The notes below the pieces were generated by a model that saw only the letters and a program-made list of their open reading frames with translations, had not been told where the DNA came from and searched no databases. Positions 35,649 to 45,385 of a stretch of 64,000 bases of DNA are shown one piece after another. Positions within the stretch are counted from its first letter, which is position 1. Every line of letters begins with the position of its first letter. The stretch lies in the IMG/VR virus record IMGVR_UViG_3300033183_000491, positions 1-64,000 of that record. The stretch is one strand, 5' to 3'. A program made the position numbers and the translations under genes. The DNA comes from a virus.

Positions 35649-38600
35649 TTAAAAGCCATACTCGTCTTCAAGCCATTCTACGAATTGTTTGTCTGCCAAA
35701 TTTTTCTTATTTGACTTAACATATTCCGACATTGCTTTTTTAGAATCTTTTAATATATTTTGTGCCAGTTTTAAAAATTCACTTGCGTCTTCGCGATCTC
35801 TAAATTCGCTTTCTGCTAAACAGAAAGAAACTAATACGTTAAGTTCGTCCTGTGGCATTGTATTTATATGTGAAACAATCTCTTCAGATCTTGTTTTTGT
35901 TAAGACTTGATATTCTTCATAAACAGATCCAATTATAGAATTTGGTAAAGGGCTAAATGCATCTTTAAGAAGTTTTTCAACATCATCAGGTCCAAATTGT
36001 CCTCCATTGATTCCTTTTAGTTTTTCACTCTCTTCTTTACCATCATTAAACTTTGTATTAATGAATTTAGCTAAGTCTCCTCTTGAATCAGATTCTCCGA
36101 GTGCATATTGTAATTGACTTTGTCTAACTGAAGATAAATCAGAATCTGGGACTGCTCCTTTAGCGCCTGCAGATTTAATACCTACTCTTTTCATGATCAA
36201 AGCAGCGATTTTATTTAAAAGAGATGTACTAGGTTTATCGACCTTATAAAGATCAGCTAAATTTTGATTATCTTTAAAACTAGGAGCAACGATGCCTTTT
36301 CCATAATTTACATCAAAATATTTCTTAATAGCATGATGTAGTTCATCTTCAACTTCACTCCAAATATTTTTTGTATAATAATCATTACAAATCTTTGAAA
36401 CGAATCTTCTGAATCCAGTATTTCCCGATATCATACTATCCAAGATTGCTTGTGCCATTAATTGTGGATCTGTATTAGCTAAGTTTTCAAGTCTTCTTGT
36501 AACTTCATCTTCGTCACCGGCACTCATTTCAAAAATTTCATTGATTTTTTCTTCTAAAATATTACTATAACTAGTATCTGAGTTATCATCAAAGTATTTC
36601 ATTAATTTCGAAGGATTACTAATCATATCATAGATTAAATCAAAAAACGCTGATTTTTTCTGTCGTCCAGAAGAATCTTCAATATCATTGATTATCTTTA
36701 AAATTTCTGTTCGATAATCTAATTTGACTTTGTCTTCTGGAGAAATTTCACCTGATTGTTGTTTTCTTTCCAAATCTTCAACTGATGCTTTAATCGCTGC
36801 CTTGTTAGAAATCAATTTTTCTTTATTAATAGTTTTAAAGGCTTTTGGATTTTTCATATCATCAAGACTAGGTATTTTAACAATATCACTTTCGTCAAAA
36901 GATTCAATCATATCATGGACTAAATCTAATTTTATAATTGTTTCACACCACTTTTCACCAGCTGCAGCATAAATATTAGATTTTTCTTTTAAGTTACTAT
37001 TAAAGAATAATTGGTTTTCCCATGCTTTTTGCCCAGCTTGTCTTGGTCCCGCAGAACCTTTATACAATCCGTATGAAGCTCTTTGAATATCTGCCCAAGT
37101 ATATGCTTGATTTGGATTATCTAAACCTAAATCTTTTAAATGTTGCTTTATTGCATTAGGATCAATGCTATCTTCGTAGATAAGATCAGTAAACTCTCCT
37201 CTTCTTGACAGATTATAAATTTCATAACTTCTTTGATCTGCTTCTATCTCTAAGACAAGTTTTTCCATCTCTTCAATTTCTTCTTGTGTCAAACCTTCTG
37301 AAGAGATGTAGTCAGGAATATAATCATCATCTGGTTGTATAAAGTCAGATAATTTATGATCAGGATTATTTGGATTATACCCATTAGCTTTAACAACATT
37401 AAAAATATCAGGATTTACTTGTCCAGATGATTTTTTCTGTAAGTCTATTAATCTTTGAACTTTTTCTCCAATTGATTTTACTAGTCTTGCAGCAGAAATT
37501 GATGTTAACATACTATTTAGTTTTGACTCAGAACTATCAATTAAATCTTGAGTATCAATAACCTTTTTACCATTGATTATTTTTTCATGATTTATTTTTT
37601 TAATAGTTTCTTCATCAGCTTCTAAAGGCTCGCCAGTCTCTGGATCTATTTCTCCTGATCCGTCAATACTTGCCATTCTTTCTTGATAAGCTCTTTCAGC
37701 TTCTTCATCTTCTGGTGATAAAGGCTCTAATTCTTCATATTTTGGTTTGTTTAAATCACTCTCGTCTATAGGGTATTGATTATCTAAATAACTTATAAAA
37801 TATTTATAGTCTTCTTTAAGTTGACCAGCAGATAAATACAACAATTCAGATATTTCTTCTTCGGAAACAATATCTGAATCTAAATTATTTTCTACATTTG
37901 GTCCAATTCTTGAAACTAAGTCATTATATTTTTTCTGAAGGTCTTCTCTTTGTTCATGAGTTAATCCAGAGGATATAGAAGATACTTGTTGGGTTGCTAA
38001 ATAATCACTTATACTTGAGAATTTTTGTCTAATATTTAAATAAGATCTAATTTTTTCAAACATAAAGAATTTTCTTAATCCTTCGTTTGAAATTCCTTGT
38101 TCTTCTATTAGTCTATACATAGCAATTATATGAAGCTTTTCAGAGACCTTCAACTTCTCAGCATCCCAATTTGGATTTGATTTTACACTTGGAAGAAATA
38201 TTCCAAGCTTGTCTTTAATAAATTTTGTTTTTCTATGTCTTTCTGAGAGAGAATCTGTTTTCTTTGGAAATATACTTTGATATCTGTTTATTATATCTGA
38301 TATTTCTTTATTAGTATTCATTTTCGTAGAATATACATCTTCTTCATCTTCCAAGTCAATTTCTTCCAAATCTAAATCACTTGGTTCTTCTTCATACCCG
38401 TTAGATTCAATTAAGTTAATATTTTCATTAATAGACTTAACAAGAGAATTTTCTAGCTTTTTATCAAGATCTTTATTTATAAATCTTACTTTGTCTAATT
38501 CTTCGTTGATTAAATCTATTTCACTGTCTAAATTAGATGAATAATTTAAATTACATGATTCTTTAATTGAATTAACTTTTGAGTCAGAAAATAAATTACT

Positions 38601-38810
38601 AATAAATTCATAAGTATATTTTTCTGACGGGAATTCGCCATTTGATTCATTTAGAGATCTTACTAAGCACTTAAATTCTTCAAATAAATAATCATTCTTT
38701 TTAATATTACTTTCGCTTAATCTTGACAAAATATAGAACTTTTTTCTATACTCTGTGTTTTTAAATGATAAAAGCTTATTAATTCTATTTTTTAAGTTAT
38801 TATTAATCAT
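35649..38810 (-). CDS. very large hypothetical protein
   Basis: 1053-aa uninterrupted ORF with acidic tracts (DLDLEEIDLEDEED). No catalytic motif recognised. Confidence 0.7.
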   Translation of the reverse strand: MINNNLKNRINKLLSFKNTEYRKKFYILSRLSESNIKKNDYLFEEFKCLVRSLNESNGEFPSEKYTYEFISNLFSDSKVNSIKESCNLNYSSNLDSEIDLINEELDKVRFINKDLDKKLENSLVKSINENINLIESNGYEEEPSDLDLEEIDLEDEEDVYSTKMNTNKEISDIINRYQSIFPKKTDSLSERHRKTKFIKDKLGIFLPSVKSNPNWDAEKLKVSEKLHIIAMYRLIEEQGISNEGLRKFFMFEKIRSYLNIRQKFSSISDYLATQQVSSISSGLTHEQREDLQKKYNDLVSRIGPNVENNLDSDIVSEEEISELLYLSAGQLKEDYKYFISYLDNQYPIDESDLNKPKYEELEPLSPEDEEAERAYQERMASIDGSGEIDPETGEPLEADEETIKKINHEKIINGKKVIDTQDLIDSSESKLNSMLTSISAARLVKSIGEKVQRLIDLQKKSSGQVNPDIFNVVKANGYNPNNPDHKLSDFIQPDDDYIPDYISSEGLTQEEIEEMEKLVLEIEADQRSYEIYNLSRRGEFTDLIYEDSIDPNAIKQHLKDLGLDNPNQAYTWADIQRASYGLYKGSAGPRQAGQKAWENQLFFNSNLKEKSNIYAAAGEKWCETIIKLDLVHDMIESFDESDIVKIPSLDDMKNPKAFKTINKEKLISNKAAIKASVEDLERKQQSGEISPEDKVKLDYRTEILKIINDIEDSSGRQKKSAFFDLIYDMISNPSKLMKYFDDNSDTSYSNILEEKINEIFEMSAGDEDEVTRRLENLANTDPQLMAQAILDSMISGNTGFRRFVSKICNDYYTKNIWSEVEDELHHAIKKYFDVNYGKGIVAPSFKDNQNLADLYKVDKPSTSLLNKIAALIMKRVGIKSAGAKGAVPDSDLSSVRQSQLQYALGESDSRGDLAKFINTKFNDGKEESEKLKGINGGQFGPDDVEKLLKDAFSPLPNSIIGSVYEEYQVLTKTRSEEIVSHINTMPQDELNVLVSFCLAESEFRDREDASEFLKLAQNILKDSKKAMSEYVKSNKKNLADKQFVEWLEDEYGF

Positions 38811-38814
38811 TAAT

Positions 38815-39192
38815 TTAATCCTGATTTTTGTTTAATATTTTTGTTACTGATGTCCAAACAGCTTTAGCTACTTCGTCTGTTAAATTTTCATTATCACAAT
38901 CGTCAATTATAGAATACAAAGCAGATTGTAATTCTACACTTTTTGGAATGTATTGATTGTCTCTTGTATTAATGTTTCTTACATTTAAATTTATATCAAC
39001 AAAGTTATCACCAGTAATAGGCGGGATGAACTCTTTTTCATGTTCAACCCCATTACCATCGGAGTTTGACTTTTTAATATTTGGTATATCTCTGCTACTA
39101 GTATAGTCATCTGGCATAAACATTTCTTTTAAATGATTTTCAAACAAAATGTCTTTGACAAAACTTCTAAAGTCTTCTTTATTAATACTCAT
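38815..39192 (-). CDS. leader-family protein
   Basis: MSINKEDFRSFVKDILFEN leader. Confidence 0.6.
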   Translation of the reverse strand: MSINKEDFRSFVKDILFENHLKEMFMPDDYTSSRDIPNIKKSNSDGNGVEHEKEFIPPITGDNFVDINLNVRNINTRDNQYIPKSVELQSALYSIIDDCDNENLTDEVAKAVWTSVTKILNKNQD

Positions 39193-39204
39193 AAAACCCT
39201 CTTT

Positions 39205-39226
39205 TTAATATAAATATTTATATTAA
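39205..39226. promoter_or_regulatory. perfect 22-nt AT palindrome (operator or hairpin candidate)
   Basis: ttaatataaat|atttatattaa, just upstream of the SD of 38815-39192. Confidence 0.4.
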
Positions 39227-39238
39227 CTGATTTTATTA

Positions 39239-39556
39239 TTAATGATATTTAATTTTGTTTTTTAAATCAAGAATATCTTCTTCACCATAAATAATGTTTT
39301 CAACAACAATGTTTAAAACACTTACAGAATAGACTATACTAGACATATCTTTTTCTAATAATGAATTTTTTTCTTGAATAGATTTAATTTGATCTGATTT
39401 AATTCTATTTTCTTCTTCAAGTAAATCTATTTTTTCTTTTAGTAAATCAACTTCAGAGTTAAAATTCTCGATATAACTAATAATATTATTAAGATTATTT
39501 TTAATCTTCTTTAAAGGGAGAGTTTTGTTCAATAGCATTGTACAAGTCCTTTTCAC
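39239..39556 (-). CDS. coiled-coil protein
   Basis: LLKEKIDLLEEENRIKSDQIKSIQEKNSLLEKD heptads. Overlaps the 3' end of 39501-39803, so the true start may be Met 39538. Confidence 0.5.
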   Translation of the reverse strand: MKRTCTMLLNKTLPLKKIKNNLNNIISYIENFNSEVDLLKEKIDLLEEENRIKSDQIKSIQEKNSLLEKDMSSIVYSVSVLNIVVENIIYGEEDILDLKNKIKYH

Positions 39557-39803
39557 TTATTTCTTTTAAATTGTCAATTTTTTTGTTTTTAAGTTCTTCA
39601 ACCCGTTCAGATACTAAGTCTTTTATGTAAGTGTCGTCATAAACATATTTTTCTGCCATTAGTCTGAAAAATTTTTGAATTGACATTTCATCAAGAAATA
39701 ACTTAACTTTAAGTTTTTTATGTATCTCCCCAGGAAGTTCAATATGAACTGTTTTATTATTAACAATTTTCCTGACTTGTTTATTTATGCTTTTTCTATT
39801 CAT
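39501..39803 (-). CDS. ribbon-helix-helix-like DNA-binding protein
   Basis: VHIELPGEIHKKLKVKLFLDEMSIQKFFRLMAEKYV fits the beta-strand plus two-helix RHH pattern. Confidence 0.45.
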   Translation of the reverse strand: MNRKSINKQVRKIVNNKTVHIELPGEIHKKLKVKLFLDEMSIQKFFRLMAEKYVYDDTYIKDLVSERVEELKNKKIDNLKEISEKDLYNAIEQNSPFKED

Positions 39804-40576
39804 TAGCCTTGTTTAACTGCACCTGTTGCTACGTTTTGTTTGACGTTAACGAGCGCATATTCTGGATAATCAATACCAAAGATTTTACTTAGTTCTTCAT
39901 GGAAAAGTTCTTCAAAGTCTTTAACATTCTGTTCAGCTTTAGCGCCACTATCTAATACTAATACGTTAATAGCAGCTTGTTTAACAATATTTTCTTTTGA
40001 AAATAAGTTATCAAAGTTTCGATATGCATTTATAGCAGCATTGACATATTTTTTAATATCTACTTCTTTTGGGCTATTAAATTGATCTACTAGTTGAGAT
40101 CCTTTTGACAATATATTTTGTAATGTATCAATATCGTCCTCAACTTTCTTTAAATCTTTATCTTCTTTAATTAAAAAATCTTTAATAGAAGATCTACTGT
40201 AAGAGAAAGACTCAGACAAATAATTTCTTATTGTACCTTCTACTTCCCAAGTTAAGCTGTCTTGATTTAGCATATCAAATATTTTATCAATTTTAGAAGA
40301 CAAATCTTTTATTGCTTTATCGTCAATTTGTTTATTTTCATCTGCAGATAAGTTATCATCTGTCGTCAAATCATCTTCCTGAGATTCGCTATCTAAAGCG
40401 CCTTCATCACCTCCTCCTTCTTCTTCTGTTTCATTATCTTCTTCATCACCTTCAGGATCAGGCATATCAAAAGAAACTTCATTACTACTTTCTTCTTCGT
40501 CTTTTTCTAAAATTAGTTTTGACAAATTTAATTGATTATTCTCTAACATGAATTCTATTTTATCTGAATATTTCAT
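39803..40576 (-). CDS. acidic hypothetical protein
   Basis: Start moved to Met 40576 (MKYSDKIEFMLENN, leader-like) to avoid overlapping the SOD gene. Contains the tract DPEGDEEDNETEEEGGGDEG. Confidence 0.55.
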   Translation of the reverse strand: MKYSDKIEFMLENNQLNLSKLILEKDEEESSNEVSFDMPDPEGDEEDNETEEEGGGDEGALDSESQEDDLTTDDNLSADENKQIDDKAIKDLSSKIDKIFDMLNQDSLTWEVEGTIRNYLSESFSYSRSSIKDFLIKEDKDLKKVEDDIDTLQNILSKGSQLVDQFNSPKEVDIKKYVNAAINAYRNFDNLFSKENIVKQAAINVLVLDSGAKAEQNVKDFEELFHEELSKIFGIDYPEYALVNVKQNVATGAVKQG

Positions 40577-40586
40577 TTTAATTTCC

Positions 40587-41303
40587 TTAAAGTATTTTTG
40601 AAACACTATCAGCTTTTTTAATTCTGTCTTCAATAACAGACCAGTTCAACTCTTTCATCATTCCAAAAACATAGGTTTTTCTATCTTTTAGATAATCTCT
40701 ATAATAACTATGTTCCCAACAATCCATAACTATTACTGGAATCATACCAACCATTACATTTTGACTATGAAGATCTATAATTGTGTTTACAAATCTTTTT
40801 AGATAAATGTCATAGTAAGTAATTGCCCAACCATTTCTAGCAGAAAGACAACATGCTACAAAATCTTCTTGCCAAGAATCAAATGTACCAAAATCTCTAG
40901 ATAATCTCATATAAGAAAGAGAATCCATAGTAATACTACTATTTAAATCACTTATATTTTCAAAATATAGGCCGTGTAGAAAAGCTGCGTTGTGATTATA
41001 AGACTCATCTATTTTAAGACTTCTAAAATTAGAATTATTAAGATTAGCTGATGTTTTATCTACGCCGTCTAATGAAGAAGATATTTTATTTAATTTTTCA
41101 ATATAACCTTCAAGTAATTCTTGATGAGCTTTTTTTGTTTTAGAAGATAACAATTCAGTCTGTAAACTAAAACTTCCAGGTTCTACAACGTAAGATTCAT
41201 TTAAACTTTCTTTTTTTGATTCACTATCACTATGGTTTATAGAGCTTTGATCATTCATAGTATTATCAATAGCTTCTTTTATTATTTGATCTAAACTTTT
41301 CAT
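40587..41303 (-). CDS. Fe/Mn superoxide dismutase with an N-terminal leader-type extension
   Basis: DCWEHSYYRDYLKDRKTYV (the DxWEHxYY signature), NHNAAFLHGLYFENI and GWAITYYD. About 45 extra N-terminal residues begin MKSLDQIIKEAIDNT. Confidence 0.85.
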   Translation of the reverse strand: MKSLDQIIKEAIDNTMNDQSSINHSDSESKKESLNESYVVEPGSFSLQTELLSSKTKKAHQELLEGYIEKLNKISSSLDGVDKTSANLNNSNFRSLKIDESYNHNAAFLHGLYFENISDLNSSITMDSLSYMRLSRDFGTFDSWQEDFVACCLSARNGWAITYYDIYLKRFVNTIIDLHSQNVMVGMIPVIVMDCWEHSYYRDYLKDRKTYVFGMMKELNWSVIEDRIKKADSVSKIL

Positions 41304-41779
41304 AGACTAAACTCTTTCTCAAATATATCAATTTCAACATCTAAATATGGACCATCAGAATTATATTGTTTCATCGCGCTAGGATTTTTAATATTTGGTT
41401 TATTTGACTTTTTAAATGCAGCTTTTTTATTGGGAGGGAATATATCACCATTTAATCTTTTAAGATTCATTGAATCTTCGTCTTCTTCTGAAGTTTCTTC
41501 TTTTTCGTCCATTCTAGAAAAAGATTTTTGTTTTATATCTTCTAATGGTTCTCCCGGACCGAGAAGTCTTACAAAAATCTTTCCATCTTTTTCTATTACA
41601 TCTTCAACAGTGTATCTAAATCCAGCTCTATCTGATACTTTTAATCCTTTTGCTGAAGATATTAAATCATTGTCGCTTTTATCTTTTACTTCTATTTCAC
41701 TTAGATTAGCATAATGATTTATTCTTTTTTCATACTCTTCTTTAAGGATATGAATCATTTCTCTTTTATTTAAAGACAT
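41300..41779 (-). CDS. hypothetical protein
   Basis: 159-aa ORF. N-terminus MSLNKREMIHILKEEYE is weakly leader-like. Confidence 0.55.
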   Translation of the reverse strand: MSLNKREMIHILKEEYEKRINHYANLSEIEVKDKSDNDLISSAKGLKVSDRAGFRYTVEDVIEKDGKIFVRLLGPGEPLEDIKQKSFSRMDEKEETSEEDEDSMNLKRLNGDIFPPNKKAAFKKSNKPNIKNPSAMKQYNSDGPYLDVEIDIFEKEFSL

Positions 41780-41807
41780 ATTAATACCTACTTAATTTTA
41801 TTATATT

Positions 41808-42230
41808 CTAATTATCAATATATGATGTAACTTCAATATTAGAAGATTCTAACATTTTAATTCCTGTTTCATCTCTATATCTTTCTTTGTAAACAACTTT
41901 TTTAATTCCACTATTTATTATAGCCATTGCACAGTTTTCACATGGGCTCAATGTTAAATACATAATTTTATCTTTTGGATTATTATAATCTAATTTTAAC
42001 AAAGCATTAATTTCAGCATGCAATAATCCACTGCAACCAGGTTCATCAGATTGAGGTACGTTTGACATTCCTGCTGCATTTCCATTATACCCTAAAGAAA
42101 GAACTTGTGTATTATCTGATGTAACTATTAATGATCCTACCTTAAAATTAGGATGATGACTTCTTTGTGATATTGTTTCTGCCATTGTCATCCAAACTTT
42201 ATCCCAGCTTGGCCTATTTATTTCTAACAC
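41808..42230 (-). CDS. dCMP deaminase
   Basis: Zn ligand motifs HAEINAL and PCENCAMAI. 140 aa. Confidence 0.85.
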   Translation of the reverse strand: MLEINRPSWDKVWMTMAETISQRSHHPNFKVGSLIVTSDNTQVLSLGYNGNAAGMSNVPQSDEPGCSGLLHAEINALLKLDYNNPKDKIMYLTLSPCENCAMAIINSGIKKVVYKERYRDETGIKMLESSNIEVTSYIDN

Positions 42231-42248
42231 TATATACTCCGAGGTTTT

Positions 42249-42704
42249 ATGAATAATCTACTTAAAGAATATGTTTATAATATTATATTAGAAAATAAAA
42301 AAAATACAAGAAATTTATATGTCTTTGATTTTGACATGACTTTATATGATCCAAATAATAAATTATGGATTGATAAATCGATAAGCGAACTTAACAAAGT
42401 CAAAAATAACAATTTGATTGTTTTATGTACAGCAAGATTAAACTCTAGCGAAATCATAAAAGAAACAAAAAAACTTCTTAAAGAAAAAAATATAAAGTTT
42501 GATTATTACTATTTTAAACCTAGATCTATTACAATGTCTACACATGAATATAAAAAAGGAGTAATTGAAAAGTTAATAAATGAAAACAATATCGAAGAAA
42601 TTTATTTCTGGGAAGATAATTTAAAAAATCTAAGTGCAGTTAAAGATATAAAAGAAATTAAATCAGGAAAAATAAAATACTATCCTAAATTAGTTAAAAT
42701 ATAA
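42249..42704 (+). CDS. HAD-superfamily phosphatase with leader-type N-terminus
   Basis: MNNLLKEYVYNIILENKK leader, directly followed by the HAD motif I DxDxT (VFDFDMTLYD). Confidence 0.6.
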   Translation: MNNLLKEYVYNIILENKKNTRNLYVFDFDMTLYDPNNKLWIDKSISELNKVKNNNLIVLCTARLNSSEIIKETKKLLKEKNIKFDYYYFKPRSITMSTHEYKKGVIEKLINENNIEEIYFWEDNLKNLSAVKDIKEIKSGKIKYYPKLVKI

Positions 42705-43571
42705 TTCTTTTTTCCATGACGCGATTTTTCTTTCTAATTTTAACTTTTTTTCTTCTTCAAGGCAATCTTCAATTGTAATTCTATTCCAAGGGTAAACTTT
42801 TCCTGTATTTGTTTTTGCCTGAATTGTTTTTATTCCTTTTATAGAGTAAAGATATATCTTTGAGTCTTCTATAATAACGTTTCTTTTAAATCTTAATAAT
42901 TTAGGAGGTCTTCCCAAATCAGACATTTCTTGATCCTTATAAAGTAAATCTTTACTATCCCATGGTATGGCAAATTTAATCGCATCTTCTTTGTAAGGAG
43001 TTACGTAAGAATACTTTTTTAAGATACTAAACCTTTTTTGACTCCCATGATAAAATATTCTTTTGCTAATTTCAGGTATATAATACTGAGGTTTTACTTT
43101 AAACGGAATAAAAACTTCTATGTCGTTTATAGGTCTATCAATAAATTGTAAATCTTCTTTAGATTCATCTTCATACCAAACTTTATATGTATTAACAAAT
43201 CCTTGAATACCTTTTGAAAAAACAGTTTCTCCATTTAATGTCAAAGAAAATAAACATTTTTCAATTTCATGAGGTAAAAGTTTAAAATAATAAGTATACT
43301 CTTTTCTTTCTAAAATTTGATCTGGCCTGTGAGAGTTAGTAGCATTAAATAATGATGCTCTTACAAAAGAAGTATTTTTTTCATGATACGGAAAGTATTC
43401 TCTAACTTCAGACTCGATAATTTTTAATTTATCACCTTGATCTATATTATTATATCTTTTTGGCCTTAGACATTTTTTGTATTTTAAATCACTACAAACA
43501 AACCAAATATCAGAAGTCAAGAATTTTGCTCCTAAATCTTTTACTTCGAAAGGAACATTAATTTTTTTCAA
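42690..43571 (-). CDS. hypothetical protein
   Basis: 293-aa ORF between tdk and the HAD gene. No motif assigned. Confidence 0.6.
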   Translation of the reverse strand: MKKINVPFEVKDLGAKFLTSDIWFVCSDLKYKKCLRPKRYNNIDQGDKLKIIESEVREYFPYHEKNTSFVRASLFNATNSHRPDQILERKEYTYYFKLLPHEIEKCLFSLTLNGETVFSKGIQGFVNTYKVWYEDESKEDLQFIDRPINDIEVFIPFKVKPQYYIPEISKRIFYHGSQKRFSILKKYSYVTPYKEDAIKFAIPWDSKDLLYKDQEMSDLGRPPKLLRFKRNVIIEDSKIYLYSIKGIKTIQAKTNTGKVYPWNRITIEDCLEEEKKLKLERKIASWKKELYFN

Positions 43572-44140
43572 ATATATCTCTCTTTAAAAGTAGTATAATG
43601 TTTAGCACATCTTGGTTCATACATTCCTTTTGATCCTATTCTCTCTTCAGCTGAAGCGTTGTTGATATCAAACATAGCTTCAGTAAAATATGCGTCTTGA
43701 TCACAGTCAGTACAAACAGCAGGACAAACTTCTATTCTTGTTGCCCAAGGCATCATATTTTTTATATTCTCAAAAGGTATCTCGTTTGCATCTAATTGAA
43801 TTGAAGACACTATTATATTAATACCTTTGCGATATAAAGAAATCAAAACAGAATCAATATCTTGAATCATAAAAGCCTCATCAACAGCTATAACTGTATT
43901 TGAGTTAAACATTTCTTCATTAACATAACATAAAATCTCTTCTGCATGATTAATACAAAACGCTGGATAAGAAGCTCCAGTATGAGTACTAATCGATTCT
44001 TTTGTATATCTATTGTCTCTCTTAGCTTTAAAAGCAAGAACATTTCGTCCTTTATATAAAGATCGATCGATGTCCGACATTAACTTTGTTGTTTTTGACC
44101 CAAACATTGGTCCTGTATATATTGTAAATTGAGGATTCAT
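43568..44140 (-). CDS. tdk: thymidine kinase
   Basis: P-loop GPMFGSKTT, AVDEAFM, and C-terminal Zn cysteines CPAVCTDC..RCAKH. Confidence 0.9.
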   Translation of the reverse strand: MNPQFTIYTGPMFGSKTTKLMSDIDRSLYKGRNVLAFKAKRDNRYTKESISTHTGASYPAFCINHAEEILCYVNEEMFNSNTVIAVDEAFMIQDIDSVLISLYRKGINIIVSSIQLDANEIPFENIKNMMPWATRIEVCPAVCTDCDQDAYFTEAMFDINNASAEERIGSKGMYEPRCAKHYTTFKERYI

Positions 44141-44154
44141 ATTGTTTCCTTGAA

Positions 44155-45039
44155 CTAAATAAATGCAGATCTTATATGAATATTTAATTCAATATCGACA
44201 TCTTTAGGTAAAGACATTTCTTTAGCAGATTTTATACTAAGTATTTTTAAGAATTGATAATCACACCACAAATCCTTAGATACATTAGATTGAGTTAATG
44301 TTGCTGAAACCTGTAGTTTATTTTTTCTCCAAAGAAAATGAATTAAATTTATATTTCCATCATTACAAATAAAGAATCTTTTACTGTCATGTTTTTGTGG
44401 AAATCCAATATCATTAATCCCTGTAAATTCTCTAAATATTTTATTAAAAAATTCATTTTCAATATTTAGATAATAATTTGACCGACTTGGATGATACATT
44501 ATAGTATAATCAATAGTATTTTTATCGATTACTTCAGAAGTTCTAATATCAATTAGTTCATTATTTCCACTATTGATTACCAAAGACTTGATCAATTCAT
44601 CAGTTGGTATATCATTTAAAGAATTAATAAAATTAATAGATTTTTCAACATTCTCTTCTAAAGAATCATCTTCAAGTAAAAGAACATTAGGATAATTTCC
44701 TAAATTATATTTACAAAGTTTTTCATAATGACTCCTTACCTGAAGTATACTTTTTTCATCTTGGATTTCATCTCCTCTTATTTTATACCTTTCTAAGATT
44801 GTTTTCTCACTCGGGAGCAAAACAATATATAAAATATCTAATCTTTTAAGTTCATTAATGATTTTATCATACCACTTAGATTCTATTCCACGATTATACA
44901 TTTTAGAATAAACAATCATTGACATACAACTTCTATCTTGTATGTTATAAACATAATTTGTTTTCTTGTGGATTTCATTAAACAAAGTTGATTTTCCTGC
45001 ACAATCAGGACCTTCAATAATAATATGAGAAAAACGCAA
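44155..45039 (-). CDS. dNMP (thymidylate-type) kinase fused to a thymidylate-synthase-like C-terminal segment
   Basis: N-terminus IIIEGPDCAGKSTL. C-terminus DSKRFFICNDGN..LIHFLWRKNKLQVSATLTQSNVSKDLWCDYQFLKILSIKSAKEMSLP parallels E. coli ThyA [57 protein letters not shown]. TTG start. Confidence 0.55.
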   Translation of the reverse strand: MRFSHIIIEGPDCAGKSTLFNEIHKKTNYVYNIQDRSCMSMIVYSKMYNRGIESKWYDKIINELKRLDILYIVLLPSEKTILERYKIRGDEIQDEKSILQVRSHYEKLCKYNLGNYPNVLLLEDDSLEENVEKSINFINSLNDIPTDELIKSLVINSGNNELIDIRTSEVIDKNTIDYTIMYHPSRSNYYLNIENEFFNKIFREFTGINDIGFPQKHDSKRFFICNDGNINLIHFLWRKNKLQVSATLTQSNVSKDLWCDYQFLKILSIKSAKEMSLPKDVDIELNIHIRSAFI

Positions 45040-45091
45040 ATTTAATTACAAAACCTTTAAATTTAAAATTAATAAAATATCGACAATATTT

Positions 45092-45120
45092 ATTATATTA
45101 TTTAGTAGTTATATTTACAA
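45092..45120 (-). promoter_or_regulatory. GTGTAAAT-class promoter candidate (TTGTAAAT variant) upstream of 44155-45039
   Basis: Minus strand: ATTGTAAATATAACTACTAAATAATATAATAAAT. Confidence 0.5.
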
Positions 45121-45136
45121 TATAAAGAGAACAACA

Positions 45137-45385
45137 ATGAAAAATTTAATAGAGACTTATATAAATTTTTTTCTAGAAAATAACAATTCAGATGATAGAC
45201 CTTTTGTAGACTTCATGAAAGATATTGAAAAAGAAGAAAAAGACAAAAAAAATAATGATCGTGTTGAAAATACTAAACCTAACATCAAAAAAGAAGATAA
45301 TATTAATATCTTAAGAAATCCTAATGATAATCTTTTATTTTACAGAAAAATTAAAAATAAGAAAAATAAGCCTGGAGAAAACTAA
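45137..45385 (+). CDS. leader-family small protein
   Basis: MKNLIETYINFFLENNN leader, then a Lys/Asn-rich body. Confidence 0.6.
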   Translation: MKNLIETYINFFLENNNSDDRPFVDFMKDIEKEEKDKKNNDRVENTKPNIKKEDNINILRNPNDNLLFYRKIKNKKNKPGEN

